DNA from: Bacillota bacterium
GTDB lineage: Bacteria; Bacillota; JAAYKD01
NCBI GenBank assembly: GCA_963666425.2
Contig: OY762825.2
Coordinates: forward strand, 1,024,001 to 1,088,000
Length of the DNA: 64,000 nt
Reading direction: 5' to 3'
Numbering within the stretch: position 1 is the first letter of the stretch; each line of letters opens with the position of its first letter. The notes below the pieces were generated by a model, which saw only the letters and a program-made list of their open reading frames with translations, was not told the DNA's origin and did not search any database. Shown piece after piece: positions 1 to 9,737 of this stretch. The translations under genes were made by a program, and so were the position numbers.

Positions 1-1986
1 CCTGCCGAATGCAGCTTCCTTGGTCACATCCGTCAGCATTTCTTTGCGATCGGCCGGAATATAGATGACATCGTATTTCTCAATTAAGTTCCCTTGCCAG
101 AGATCCTGATCCATAATAGTGATGAAGGGGAATTGGAATTGTTCCATCACGAGACGAGTCCAGCCTTCGTCCATGGCGCCGCCCAGATAACGTTTATAAA
201 TCGCGAGGCGAACCGGCTTGTACTCCATTTTTTCGGTTTCCGCTAAAGAATGCGGGAAAACACTGACTTCAAAACCAAATTTGGCAGCACCGGCCTGCAA
301 TACTTTCTTTGCTGCCGCTACCGTCAGGAAACCGCCGCAGCAAGTAGGCCGCCAAACGGGGAATCCTTGCGCTAACAGCATGTTGGCCAGGATAAACGAA
401 TCATTGTAATTGGCTTTGAAAGCGTACGCTTCGATTTTCTTTGCATCCGCCACCTTGCCTTGCAGTGGCGCCAGTTTCTCGATCTTATGGGTTTTGCCTA
501 AAATGGGTTTCTCGGCTTCCAGGACCGTTACTCCCATGAATTCGGCGTAGGTATCGGTGGTGGTATCGTAAACATTTGATTTGCCATCCAGCCGCTTACA
601 GAACCAGTTGTCATTGAAGAAGGTCCGCGCTAAGAGGGTCCGAATCGCAGCTCGTTTTGGCTGAGCGGTAAATACAACGATACTGCCGGCAGCAGCGGTG
701 AGCTCGCCGGAACTGATTGTCTCGTCGGCCAGGTGCAGTTCAATACCCTGTTGTTCCAGCACGCGCGCCAGCTTTTGAGCGGTAACCTTATCGTTTTGTT
801 TATCCATGGGAATAATAAAGCCATACGGTTTCTCGCTGGCGCCTAACGCGGTTTGACGCTGCGCTTTTTTGACGGAGTTTCTTAAAATGATATCTTTGTT
901 GCGTGCAGCACAGTCGAGTAAAGCCCAGGCAGTGACTTTTTGTTGTTCTACGATATTTCTGAGCGTCCACCAACCGCCCGGCCAAGGATGAACGAAATTG
1001 ACCTGCTGTTGATATTCCGGGAAAACACGGTCTTTGGCGCCTTCCAGCTGTTCCGCAGGAATATAGAGCGGCGTCGCTGTCTTGCAGCTGGCTGATTCGG
1101 TCAGCATACCGGCAATATTATGATGATTGGTAAACCAATGGAATCCCATATGAGCCCAGCCCGGGAATTGACCGCCGGTCAGCACACCTTGCTTGCCCTC
1201 TTCTTCCAAACGGTAGGCCATATGAGAACCATACATTCTTAATTCATTCCAAACCAATGGATCGGGATTGGGATGAATCGGATCACTGTAAGGAGCGATA
1301 TAAATGCGGGCGCCATTGGATCCCATATGATGATGATCCTGGAACGCCTGCGGATGCCAATTTTTGAACATGATTTCGCCAACATAGCGGGATTCGATCA
1401 AATTCCAGGCGAAAGCGTCGCGGTTGTTGTCATGCCCGCAATATTTGTGATAGAGCCAGGGCATACCGCAGCCTTCATATTCGGTGCCCAGATATTTATT
1501 GTACCAATCGGTCACCATGATCTGACCATCCGGGTTGAAGCAAGGCACCATAATGAAAATTACTTCCTTGAGGATGCGTAAGCCTTCTTCGGTTTCGGAC
1601 GTCAGTAAATCATAGGCCAGTTCGGGCGCCATTTGGGTGCCGCCCACTTCGCTGGCATGTAAGCTCATCGTCTGGACGACGATTGCTTTTCCTTCCTGCA
1701 CCAGTTGATCGATGGCAGCTTGTTCCAGTCCGCGCGGATCGGTCAATTTGAGATTGATTTGGCGATATTCTTCCAAACGAGCTAAATTTTCAGGAGCAGA
1801 AATGTAAGCGACCAAAAAAGGGTTCCCTTCGGTAGAAGGTCCGACATTTTGCAAAATCATGCGGTCGGTTTCTTTTGCGATCTGTTCAAAGTATTCCACG
1901 ATTTTTTCCCAGCGAATCATCTGACGCGCTGCACCCGGTTGATGGCCAAAAAAACTGGTCGGACAGGTGATCTTACCATGACTCAT
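1..1986 (-). CDS. M14 family zinc carboxypeptidase-like protein (3' end runs off the window)
   Basis: Absent from the ORF track, presumably because the stop lies outside the window. ATG at 1986 follows AGGAGTG. Reads MSHGKITCPTSFFGHQPGAARQMIRWEKIV...GPSTEGNPF, with M14 motifs SLHASEVGGTQM, NPDG, GHDNNRDAF and DHHHMG. The frame was open wherever I checked. Confidence 0.85.
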   Translation of the reverse strand, partial: MSHGKITCPTSFFGHQPGAARQMIRWEKIVEYFEQIAKETDRMILQNVGPSTEGNPFLVAYISAPENLARLEEYRQINLKLTDPRGLEQAAIDQLVQEGKAIVVQTMSLHASEVGGTQMAPELAYDLLTSETEEGLRILKEVIFIMVPCFNPDGQIMVTDWYNKYLGTEYEGCGMPWLYHKYCGHDNNRDAFAWNLIESRYVGEIMFKNWHPQAFQDHHHMGSNGARIYIAPYSDPIHPNPDPLVWNELRMYGSHMAYRLEEEGKQGVLTGGQFPGWAHMGFHWFTNHHNIAGMLTESASCKTATPLYIPAEQLEGAKDRVFPEYQQQVNFVHPWPGGWWTLRNIVEQQKVTAWALLDCAARNKDIILRNSVKKAQRQTALGASEKPYGFIIPMDKQNDKVTAQKLARVLEQQGIELHLADETISSGELTAAAGSIVVFTAQPKRAAIRTLLARTFFNDNWFCKRLDGKSNVYDTTTDTYAEFMGVTVLEAEKPILGKTHKIEKLAPLQGKVADAKKIEAYAFKANYNDSFILANMLLAQGFPVWRPTCCGGFLTVAAAKKVLQAGAAKFGFEVSVFPHSLAETEKMEYKPVRLAIYKRYLGGAMDEGWTRLVMEQFQFPFITIMDQDLWQGNLIEKYDVIYIPADRKEMLTDVTKEAAFGR

Positions 1987-2210
1987 GAACTATCACTCCT
2001 TTTCAATTATGAAACTACTCTCGTCCAAAGCGACGGTTTCAACCACTGCTTTGGCATCAAAGTAATTTCCTGTCTTATTTAATTAGCAATTCAGACGGTA
2101 AAATCCTTCCGTTTACGTAATATTTTTTCATAACCTTTTGTGTTTGAGGGACTGCCGGAAAAAGGGACCGGACTGCTCAAGAGAGAACTAAACAAGCATT
2201 AACTACCCTC

Positions 2211-3275
2211 ATGATGAGAAAGGGGAAAATGCGGTTTATGCCGATCAAAACAAAAACGAAGCTCCTTCTGCTCTTGCTGCTGATTGTTCTGCTCTCAGGC
2301 TGCAGCCCAAAGGCCGCAGAACCTTATGAATACACCGGTTTTGCCTTTGGTGGTTTGATCCAAATCAAACTATATGGCGAGACAAAGAACAGCAAAGCCG
2401 CCAGCGACGCTTTGATGCTGCAATTTCAAAACTTGGAAGCATTGATGAGTGTGAACCTGACGGAAAGTGAACTGTTGACTGTCAACCGGCAAGCGGGCAT
2501 CGCGCCGGTCAAAGTCAGCCCGGCAACCTTAGAAGTTCTGCAAAAAGCACTGACGGTTGCCGAGGTCAGCGACGGCGCTTTCAATCCGGCCATTGGCCCT
2601 TTGGTCAAGCTGTGGCAGATCGGATTTGATGGGGCGCATCTGCCGGCTGAAGCCGAAATTGCTGATGCCCTGCCTTACTTGGATTATCGGGATATTATTG
2701 TGAATGCAGCGGAAAGCACGGTGTTTTTGAGCAAAGTCGGGATGGGCTTGGATTTTGGCGCCATAGCCAAGGGTTTCGCCGCCGATCAGGCTTTCCGCAT
2801 TTTGGCAGAATATCAAATCGACAGCGCTCTAATCTCAATCAATGGCAATCTTTTGACCGTTGGCGAGAAACCCAACCACACCACCTGGAAGGCAGCCATC
2901 GCCGATCCCAGAGGTACGGTCAATCAATATGTGGGTATTCTGCCGCTGACTGATTCTACTATTTCCACTTCCGGTGATTATGAGCGTTATTTTGAGCAGG
3001 ATGGTGTACGCTATCACCATTTGCTGGACAGTAAAACCGGTTACCCGGCTGCCTCCGATTTAATCAGCGCCAGTATGATCTGCCGAGACGGCGCCTTAGC
3101 CGACGCGCTCTCTACCGCTGTCTTTGTCTTGGGCAAAGACGCGGGACTCGCGCTGCTGCAGCGCTACCCGGAAGTCGAGTATCTCCTGATCGATCAGAAC
3201 CACAACATCACGCTGAGCAGCGGTTTAAGCAATGTTTTTGAATTGACCAATCCGGACTATCGATTGAACAAATAG
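2211..3275 (+). CDS. apbE: FAD:protein FMN transferase (ApbE family) lipoprotein
   Basis: Lipobox LSGC; motifs DFGAIAKGFAAD, STSGDYERYF, YHHLLD, ADALSTA. True start may be 2229 or 2238. Confidence 0.92.
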   Translation: MMRKGKMRFMPIKTKTKLLLLLLLIVLLSGCSPKAAEPYEYTGFAFGGLIQIKLYGETKNSKAASDALMLQFQNLEALMSVNLTESELLTVNRQAGIAPVKVSPATLEVLQKALTVAEVSDGAFNPAIGPLVKLWQIGFDGAHLPAEAEIADALPYLDYRDIIVNAAESTVFLSKVGMGLDFGAIAKGFAADQAFRILAEYQIDSALISINGNLLTVGEKPNHTTWKAAIADPRGTVNQYVGILPLTDSTISTSGDYERYFEQDGVRYHHLLDSKTGYPAASDLISASMICRDGALADALSTAVFVLGKDAGLALLQRYPEVEYLLIDQNHNITLSSGLSNVFELTNPDYRLNK

Positions 3276-3285
3276 CGTAAAGCAG

Positions 3286-3840
3286 GTGAGAGCAAAAATG
3301 ACAACCAAACAATTGATTCGCCTGGGACTCTGTCTCAGCCTCAGTCTCGCCTTGCATCTGGTAGAACAAATGCTGCCGCTGCCGGCTCTGCCTTTTCCCG
3401 GTGTCAAATTGGGCTTTGCCAATCTGATCAATTTAGCCGCTCTTTTTTGGTTCCCCTTTGGCCAATCCGTGCTGCTGATTCTGCTGCGTTGTTTGCTGGC
3501 GAGCTTTTTTGGCGGGGGCTTCTCTGCTTTTCTTTTCAGCAGCAGCGGTGCTTTGCTCAGTTTTGGCGTCATGTGGTGGCTGGCTAATCGTTTTGCACCC
3601 AGTTTTTCTCTGCCGGCCATCAGTGTAGCCGGCGCGGTGGCGCACAACGTGGCTCAAATGATGCTCTCCATGCTGTTGATGCAAACCTTTGGTTTACTGA
3701 TTTACCTGCCGGTCCTGATCCTGATGGGCGGCATCAGCGGCTTAGCGATTGGCTTCACTGCTCTTTTCTTACTGCGCTCGCTGCAGAAGAGCGGCCGCAT
3801 GCCCAACTACAAAGAGCAGCTTTTGCCGTTGCTCCGTTAA
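3286..3840 (+). CDS. Gx transporter family / heptaprenyl diphosphate synthase component I membrane protein
   Basis: Hydrophobic protein with PGVKLGFAN and SVAGAVAHNVAQ motifs; adjacent to apbE, as is common. Confidence 0.85.
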   Translation: MRAKMTTKQLIRLGLCLSLSLALHLVEQMLPLPALPFPGVKLGFANLINLAALFWFPFGQSVLLILLRCLLASFFGGGFSAFLFSSSGALLSFGVMWWLANRFAPSFSLPAISVAGAVAHNVAQMMLSMLLMQTFGLLIYLPVLILMGGISGLAIGFTALFLLRSLQKSGRMPNYKEQLLPLLR

Positions 3841-3877
3841 TCACAGAAATCAGCTGCGATTCTTTGCTTCTGCTGTG

Positions 3878-3919
3878 AAAAAAAGCGCTGCGGGTGAGTC
3901 ATCACCCGCAGCACTTTTT
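3878..3919. terminator. Bidirectional intrinsic terminator
   Basis: GCTGCGGGTGA-gtca-TCACCCGCAGC stem with A and T tracts, between convergent genes. Confidence 0.85.
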
Positions 3920-3925
3920 ATTCTC

Positions 3926-5167
3926 TTATGCTTCTTTTGTCAGTTGAATCACGCTATCGAGCAAGACCTGGGCACCTTTGGCAATGGCTTCCGGACTGGT
4001 ATATTCCACCGCACAATGGCTGCGGCCGCCTTGACTCGGCACAAAAATCATAGCTACCGGGCAGATTCTGGCTACAATCTGCGCATCATGCCCGGCTCCG
4101 CTGACCATTCTCTGCACTGTATAACCGTTTTGCCTGGCGGCCTGTTCGATCACATCCTGCAAATGTGCATCCATGGCAACCGGCTCTTCCGCCATCGTCA
4201 GCGTGACCTGATGCTGTAATTGATCCCCGCAGACCTGTTCGACCTCCTGCAGAATGCGTGCCGCAACCACGGCTTTCGCTTCCACATTTTGTGAACGAAT
4301 ATCGAGTGAGAAGGTTACTTTGGCCGGCACTACATTGACAGCACAAGGTTCCACCTTCAGGTAACCCACCGTGGCTACCCCGTTGGGATCGGCCAGCCCT
4401 GCATAGCCTGGCACCTTGGCAATCACCGCAGCTGCCGCGGCCAAAGCATCCTTGCGCATTGTCATCGGCGTGGTACCGGCATGGTCTGCCTGCCCGCTGA
4501 TCTCCACAAAATAGCGCGTCGTGCCCACAATTGCGGTCACTACCCCAATATCCAAACCGATTTGATCCAATACCGGTCCCTGTTCAATATGCAATTCCAA
4601 ATAAGCGAAGATTTCTTCCGCCTGACGCTGCGCCGACGCTATTTGCTGCGGCACGAAACCTTGCTGCAGCATCAGCTCTGCCTGAGAAATTCCATTCATA
4701 TCCTTACCACTGTATAATTCCGCCTCGCTCAACTGGCCAACCAGAGCCAGACTGCCGCTGAATCCGCGCTTGAAGCGCACACCTTCTTCATCGTTAAAAG
4801 CGATCAGCTGCAGTGAACGCTGTGGCTGGATACCGGCATCCCGCAGGGCACGGACTGCTTCCAAACCGCAAACCACCCCTAAAATCCCATCATAAGCGCC
4901 ACCGTTGATCACCGTATCGTAATGGGAGCCGATCAGCAAAACAGGCAATTCCGGCTGCAAACCCTGCAAATGCCCCACGACATTGGAAGCGCTGTCCAGA
5001 TGCACCTGCAGCCCAGCCGCCTGCATTGCCTGCAGCAAATAGGCTCTGGCTGCTTTGTCTTCAGCGGTAAACGGCAGCCGCGTCACACCATTCTGTTCGG
5101 TTTTGCCGAATTGACGCAGGTTCTGCAAATCATTTTCAATTCTTTCGATAGAAACCATACTTTTCAT
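3926..5167 (-). CDS. M20 family Zn-dependent amidohydrolase (allantoate amidohydrolase / N-carbamoyl-L-amino-acid hydrolase type)
   Basis: Motifs GSHYDTV, GAYDGILG, NDEEG, ELHIEQG, HAGTTPM, SGAGHDA. Confidence 0.9.
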   Translation of the reverse strand: MKSMVSIERIENDLQNLRQFGKTEQNGVTRLPFTAEDKAARAYLLQAMQAAGLQVHLDSASNVVGHLQGLQPELPVLLIGSHYDTVINGGAYDGILGVVCGLEAVRALRDAGIQPQRSLQLIAFNDEEGVRFKRGFSGSLALVGQLSEAELYSGKDMNGISQAELMLQQGFVPQQIASAQRQAEEIFAYLELHIEQGPVLDQIGLDIGVVTAIVGTTRYFVEISGQADHAGTTPMTMRKDALAAAAAVIAKVPGYAGLADPNGVATVGYLKVEPCAVNVVPAKVTFSLDIRSQNVEAKAVVAARILQEVEQVCGDQLQHQVTLTMAEEPVAMDAHLQDVIEQAARQNGYTVQRMVSGAGHDAQIVARICPVAMIFVPSQGGRSHCAVEYTSPEAIAKGAQVLLDSVIQLTKEA

Positions 5168-5329
5168 AATGAATCTCTACTCCTTTCCAAACCGATTGCC
5201 TCGCTGCCGCAGCAGCAATCGAGCACAAGAAAAACAACTCTGACCGCCCAGCCTGCTGATCAAGTGAAAAAGCAGGCAGTGCCTTGCCCGTTTTCTAAAA
5301 AGGCGTTCAAAGCATTGCCTGCTGATTTT

Positions 5330-5644
5330 TTATAAATCGTAATAGCCGTTGCGGTCCATGATGGTAAAGTTTACTTTCACTTTTTCATAACCCAAGGTTT
5401 TAATCATCTCTACGATGGTCTTGGCAGTCTGATCCTGCATTTCCTGTGGTCTGACGAACCAATGTACGTCCACATACGGTTTACTGACAATTTGACCTTC
5501 CGCATCAAAGAAAACCGCCGGCTGCCACTGCAGCGTTAAAATTTCCTTGCGGCATTGGATCACTTCGGTCAGTTTGTTAACCAGCGGTTTCGCCAGCACC
5601 TGCAATTCTTCTTGTTTGATCCCCTTAAAAATTAAGGTCGGCAT
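5330..5644 (-). CDS. DUF1904-like tautomerase/MIF-fold protein
   Basis: N-terminal MP, PYVDVHWFVRPQEMQD, 104 aa, RBS AGGAGG. Confidence 0.7.
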   Translation of the reverse strand: MPTLIFKGIKQEELQVLAKPLVNKLTEVIQCRKEILTLQWQPAVFFDAEGQIVSKPYVDVHWFVRPQEMQDQTAKTIVEMIKTLGYEKVKVNFTIMDRNGYYDL

Positions 5645-5672
5645 CTGAAATCATCCTCCTTCTTTTCTTGTT

Positions 5673-6167
5673 TTATTCTCTGACAATACCATACTTTTCA
5701 TAGAGCGCCTTGGCCACACAAAGCGGCACCAGTCCATCCAGTTTCCCACCGTAAGAAGCAATTTCTTTCACGGTGGAAGAAGAAACAAAACCGAGATTCT
5801 GACGCGTCATTAAAAAACACATCTCGATATCATCATCCAGATACTGATTGGCTGCGGCAATTTGGAATTCGTATTCGAAATCCATCATCGCGCGCAAGCC
5901 GCGGATGATCACTTCCGAGCCGATCTCGCGGCAATAATCGACCGAGAGACCTGTATAATAAGTTACCTTGACCTGCGGCATGTTTGCGGTTGCCTGGCGC
6001 ATTAAATCCAGGCGTTCCTCCAGCGTGAACAATGTTTTCTTGGTGGGATGCAGCAGAATTGTCACATAGACTTCATCGAACAATTTGCAGGCGCGTTGGA
6101 TGATATCCACGTGACCGCTGGTAATTGGGTCGAACGTCCCCGGATACATCGCAATATGTTTTCTCAA
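5673..6167 (-). CDS. coaD: Pantetheine-phosphate adenylyltransferase
   Basis: YPGTFDPITSGHVDII, IIRGLR, DFEYEFQ, VSSSTVKE; TTG start at 6167 follows GGAGG. Confidence 0.95.
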   Translation of the reverse strand: MRKHIAMYPGTFDPITSGHVDIIQRACKLFDEVYVTILLHPTKKTLFTLEERLDLMRQATANMPQVKVTYYTGLSVDYCREIGSEVIIRGLRAMMDFEYEFQIAAANQYLDDDIEMCFLMTRQNLGFVSSSTVKEIASYGGKLDGLVPLCVAKALYEKYGIVRE

Positions 6168-6206
6168 AAAGTCAGCCTCCCCTTCAGCCATAGAACGGCA
6201 GCGAAG

Positions 6207-7055
6207 TTATTTTGCATACCATTCACAGACGATACAGTCGCCGCCTTCCAGAGTAAAGCCAGCCTCAAGCACAGCTTGCTGCACATCGGCGGCCTGCGGC
6301 GGGAACATGATGGTCAGCTTGGGAACCTGCCGCTTCTTTGCTTCAATTTTAGCAAATTCGAGGCACTTTTTGGCATCGCCTCGGTATAAGCCAATATGCA
6401 AAGCTTGCTGCGGAATGAAACGGGCTCCTAAGACGACGAGATTATCTCCTTTTTCATCATAAAAAACTTTGTTTTCTCTGGCTAAGCCGCGGTAAAGTCC
6501 TGCATTCATCGGATAAAAAGTGCGGTTCATCACCATATGCCCATTCCACTTCTCCGCCATGCCTGCCAGCTGCTGCTCGGCTTCATCTTCATTCAGCAAA
6601 CGAAAATCCGCTGCGACGGTTTCATCCACCGCGGTCTCTGCTGTGATTGCTAAATTAGCCCCCCGATACTGACCGGTGACTGTAAAACCATAACGCAAGG
6701 CCAAGCCTTTGCTGACCTGATTGGTAAAACCGGTATACATGCCCATACGTGTGATACCAAGGCGGGCGGCATTCTCAAAAAAACGATTGTAAAACGCTTT
6801 GCCAATGCCTCTGCCCTGATAATTCGGATCGACGCGCAACGTTTCTAACCAAGCGCCGCCATCGTAAAGCACAGTGAATTTGCCCACACCCACAATCTTA
6901 CCGTCCAATTCGGCTACGCTCAGTTCACCAATTGGGTCATTGATAAATTCATCGGCAACCAATGAAAGATACTGCACACCTTTGATCGCAGCCCCTTCTA
7001 CAACACAAGCGGCTTCTAAATCGTCCCATTTTGCCCGGCGGATGATAATATCCAT
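6207..7055 (-). CDS. GNAT family N-acetyltransferase
   Basis: Acetyl-CoA motif LRVDPNYQGRGIG, plus a C-terminal extension. Confidence 0.85.
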   Translation of the reverse strand: MDIIIRRAKWDDLEAACVVEGAAIKGVQYLSLVADEFINDPIGELSVAELDGKIVGVGKFTVLYDGGAWLETLRVDPNYQGRGIGKAFYNRFFENAARLGITRMGMYTGFTNQVSKGLALRYGFTVTGQYRGANLAITAETAVDETVAADFRLLNEDEAEQQLAGMAEKWNGHMVMNRTFYPMNAGLYRGLARENKVFYDEKGDNLVVLGARFIPQQALHIGLYRGDAKKCLEFAKIEAKKRQVPKLTIMFPPQAADVQQAVLEAGFTLEGGDCIVCEWYAK

Positions 7056-7244
7056 GTTTCGCTCCTCCTGAACTTTTTTTCAACATCAAATGGATTAGCC
7101 ACACCCTATTGCGCTAACATCAGTGCTTTGATGCGTCTTGTGGTAGTAAATTCTCTCCTCATTGAGGAAATACCTTTTCGGCTTTTGTCTTTCTTGCTCT
7201 TTTCCTTTGCTATTTTTAGCAGCTGCAAATTTCACAAAAAAAGC

Positions 7245-7270
7245 AGGAAAACCATTGCTGCCTTGGGAAT
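7245..7270 (+). promoter_or_regulatory. SigH-like promoter upstream of hutU
   Basis: AGGA-N18-GAAT, matching the Firmicute sigma-H consensus. A divergent AGGT-N18-GAAT lies at 7150-7175 on the minus strand. Confidence 0.55.
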
Positions 7271-7354
7271 TAAACTAAATAAACAGAACGCTAAATTGCT
7301 TTCTGATCTCAGCGATTACCAATCCAGCGACAATGACATGAGGAGGTTTTTTTA

Positions 7355-9424
7355 ATGTCTTACGATGCACCTTATACTCTGCGTTTAACTGCTGCCGATG
7401 TTCCTGCGGCAAGACCTGCTTTTGCAGCGGACATTCGCCGGGCTCCCAAACGCACCGCTAAATTATCAGCCAGCGATATTCGACTTGCCTTACAAAATGC
7501 GCTGCGTTATGTTCCCAACGAATTTCATGAAGAACTGGCGGCTGAATTTTTGGAAGAATTACTGACCCGCGGCCGGATCTACGGTTACCGCTTCCGTCCG
7601 GAAGGACAAATCCGCGGCAAAGCGATTGATGAATACCCCGGCCAGTGTATTGAAGGCAAGGCATTTCAGGTAATGATCGATAACAACCTCGATTTTGCCA
7701 CTGCTCTCTACCCCTATGAACTGGTGACTTACGGTGAAACCGGACAAGTCTGCCAAAACTGGATGCAGTATCGGCTGATCAAGAAATATCTCGCCGAACT
7801 GACGCAAAACTCCACCTTAGTGATGGAATCCGGCCATCCGCTCGGCTTATTTAAATCGCATCTCCTGGCCCCCCGCGTGATCATTACCAATGGCTTGAGC
7901 GTTGGCATTGCCGACAACCTCGACGATTTTAACCGTTTGGCCGCCATCGGCGTTTCCAACTACGGTCAGATGACCGCCGGCGGCTGGATGTATATCGGAC
8001 CGCAAGGCATTGTGCACGGCACCTACAATACGGTACTGAACGCCTCTCGTAAAATCAAAGAAGGCGCCGACGATATGCGCGGTCTGCTCTTTGTCTCCTC
8101 CGGTTTGGGCGGCATGTCCGGTGCCCAGGGCAAAGCCGGCAAAATCGCCAAAGGGGTTGCCTTGGTGGCCGAAGTAGACGAAAGCCGCGTGCAGACCCGT
8201 TATGAGCAGGGCTGGGTCGATCATATCGCCTACTCGGCAGAAGAAGCCTTTACCCTGGCGAAACAATACCAGGAGCGCCAAGAAGCCACTGCCATCGCCT
8301 ATCTGGGTAATATCGTTGACCTCCTGGAATATGCTTTGCAGTTTGACTGTCACATCGACCTGCTCTCCGATCAAACCTCCTGTCATGCTGTCTACGACGG
8401 CGGTTACTGCCCGGCCGGCCTCTCTTTTGCCGAACGCACCCGCTTGCTCGAAGCAGACCGTCATTACTTCTGTCAGTTGGTCGATCTGGGACTGAAACGT
8501 CATTTTGAAGCCATTCGCCAGCTCGTGGTTAAAGGCACCTACTTCTTTGATTACGGCAATAGCTTTATGAAAGCCATTTTCGATGCCGGTGTAAGCGAAA
8601 TTGCCAAAAATGGCGAAAACACCCTGGATGGCTTCATCTGGCCTTCTTATGTGGAAGATATCCTTGGACCCATGCTCTTTGACTATGGCTATGGACCTTT
8701 TCGTTGGGTATGCTTAAGCGGCAAGCCGGAAGACCTGGATAAAACCGATGCCGCCGCCATGGAGGTCATCGATCCCAACCGCCGCTTCCAGGATAAAGAC
8801 AACTGGATCTGGATTCGCGATGCTAAAAAGAACAAGCTGGTGGTCGGTACCCAAGCCCGCATCCTCTATCAGGACGCCTGGGGTCGCACCAACATTGCCC
8901 TGCGCTTCAATCAGATGGTCCGCAACGGCGAAGTGGGTCCCATTATGATGGGACGCGACCATCACGATGTTTCCGGCACGGATTCTCCTTTCCGTGAAAC
9001 CTCAAACATCAAAGACGGTTCCAATTTAACCGCCGATATGGCCGTACAATGTTACGCCGGTAATGCCGCCAGGGGTATGTCTTTGGTTGCCCTGCATAAC
9101 GGCGGCGGCGTGGGTATCGGCAAAGCCATCAACGGTGGCTTCGGTATGGTGCTGGACGGTTCCGAACGCGTGGATACCATCTTAAAAATGGCCATGCCCT
9201 GGGATGTGATGAGCGGCGTCGCCCGCCGTGCCTGGGCACGCAACGAGAACGCGCTCTCCACTGCCGATGAATGGAATCATCAATACAGTGCCGAAGGCGA
9301 TTACCGCATCACCATGCCGTATCTGGCAGAGGATGCTGTACTGGACAGCACCTTACAAAAGCAAGCGGATGCGGTGGAACAGCTGCTGCAGCAAATTAAG
9401 AGTAGTTACGGTGAGCACAAATAA
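7355..9424 (+). CDS. hutU: Urocanate hydratase (long form)
   Basis: Motifs GQMTAGGWMYIGPQGIVHGT, GLGGMSGAQ, SDQTSCH, FDYGN, GRDHHDVSG, HNGGGVGIG; RBS AGGAGG. Confidence 0.96.
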   Translation: MSYDAPYTLRLTAADVPAARPAFAADIRRAPKRTAKLSASDIRLALQNALRYVPNEFHEELAAEFLEELLTRGRIYGYRFRPEGQIRGKAIDEYPGQCIEGKAFQVMIDNNLDFATALYPYELVTYGETGQVCQNWMQYRLIKKYLAELTQNSTLVMESGHPLGLFKSHLLAPRVIITNGLSVGIADNLDDFNRLAAIGVSNYGQMTAGGWMYIGPQGIVHGTYNTVLNASRKIKEGADDMRGLLFVSSGLGGMSGAQGKAGKIAKGVALVAEVDESRVQTRYEQGWVDHIAYSAEEAFTLAKQYQERQEATAIAYLGNIVDLLEYALQFDCHIDLLSDQTSCHAVYDGGYCPAGLSFAERTRLLEADRHYFCQLVDLGLKRHFEAIRQLVVKGTYFFDYGNSFMKAIFDAGVSEIAKNGENTLDGFIWPSYVEDILGPMLFDYGYGPFRWVCLSGKPEDLDKTDAAAMEVIDPNRRFQDKDNWIWIRDAKKNKLVVGTQARILYQDAWGRTNIALRFNQMVRNGEVGPIMMGRDHHDVSGTDSPFRETSNIKDGSNLTADMAVQCYAGNAARGMSLVALHNGGGVGIGKAINGGFGMVLDGSERVDTILKMAMPWDVMSGVARRAWARNENALSTADEWNHQYSAEGDYRITMPYLAEDAVLDSTLQKQADAVEQLLQQIKSSYGEHK

Positions 9425-9549
9425 ACAGATTGCTCCAGCTGATTATAATAAATTCTAAATAAACCCAAACTGTAAAAAAAGAAAAAGCTCTCCTTCCGGA
9501 TTAGAATGTAGATAATAAAACTACGTTCTGCTTGGAAGGAGAGCTTTTT
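9309..9549 (+). repeat. Copy 1 of a ~240 bp direct repeat (hutU 3' end plus hairpin)
   Basis: Aligns with 11669-11907; 7 mismatches over the 111 nt coding part. Confidence 0.95.
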
Positions 9550-9615
9550 TGATACGATAAACCTGCTTGATTACTGTCATTGATCATGATCAGGAAAATA
9601 GATTGGGTTATTCAG
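9455..9615. mobile_element. Putative MITE / IS-end remnant with imperfect terminal inverted repeats and an internal hairpin
   Basis: Left end CTAAATAAACCCAAACTGT; reverse complement of right end CTGAATAACCCAATCTAT. Internal stem AAGCTCTCCTTCC...GGAAGGAGAGCTT contains TAGAAT and an RBS-like GAAGGAG. No transposase. Confidence 0.5.
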
Positions 9616-9737
9616 TAACTTTAACAATTTTTTCGTGGTTAAGACTGAACTGATATTGACAACTCTAAACAGCATTGTCGAGCATTTTCTAAAAAAAAGC
9701 CTCGAATATTTACCGGTAATTTTTTTGGTCCTTTGAT

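Noticed and set aside
218-2082. Short ORFs listed in 1-2082
   Set aside because: They are shadows of the minus-strand M14 peptidase, which the ORF track missed.
5270-5326. Long hairpin between the DUF1904-like gene and the amidohydrolase
   Set aside because: It is adequately explained as a terminator or mRNA stabiliser and shows no riboswitch hallmarks.
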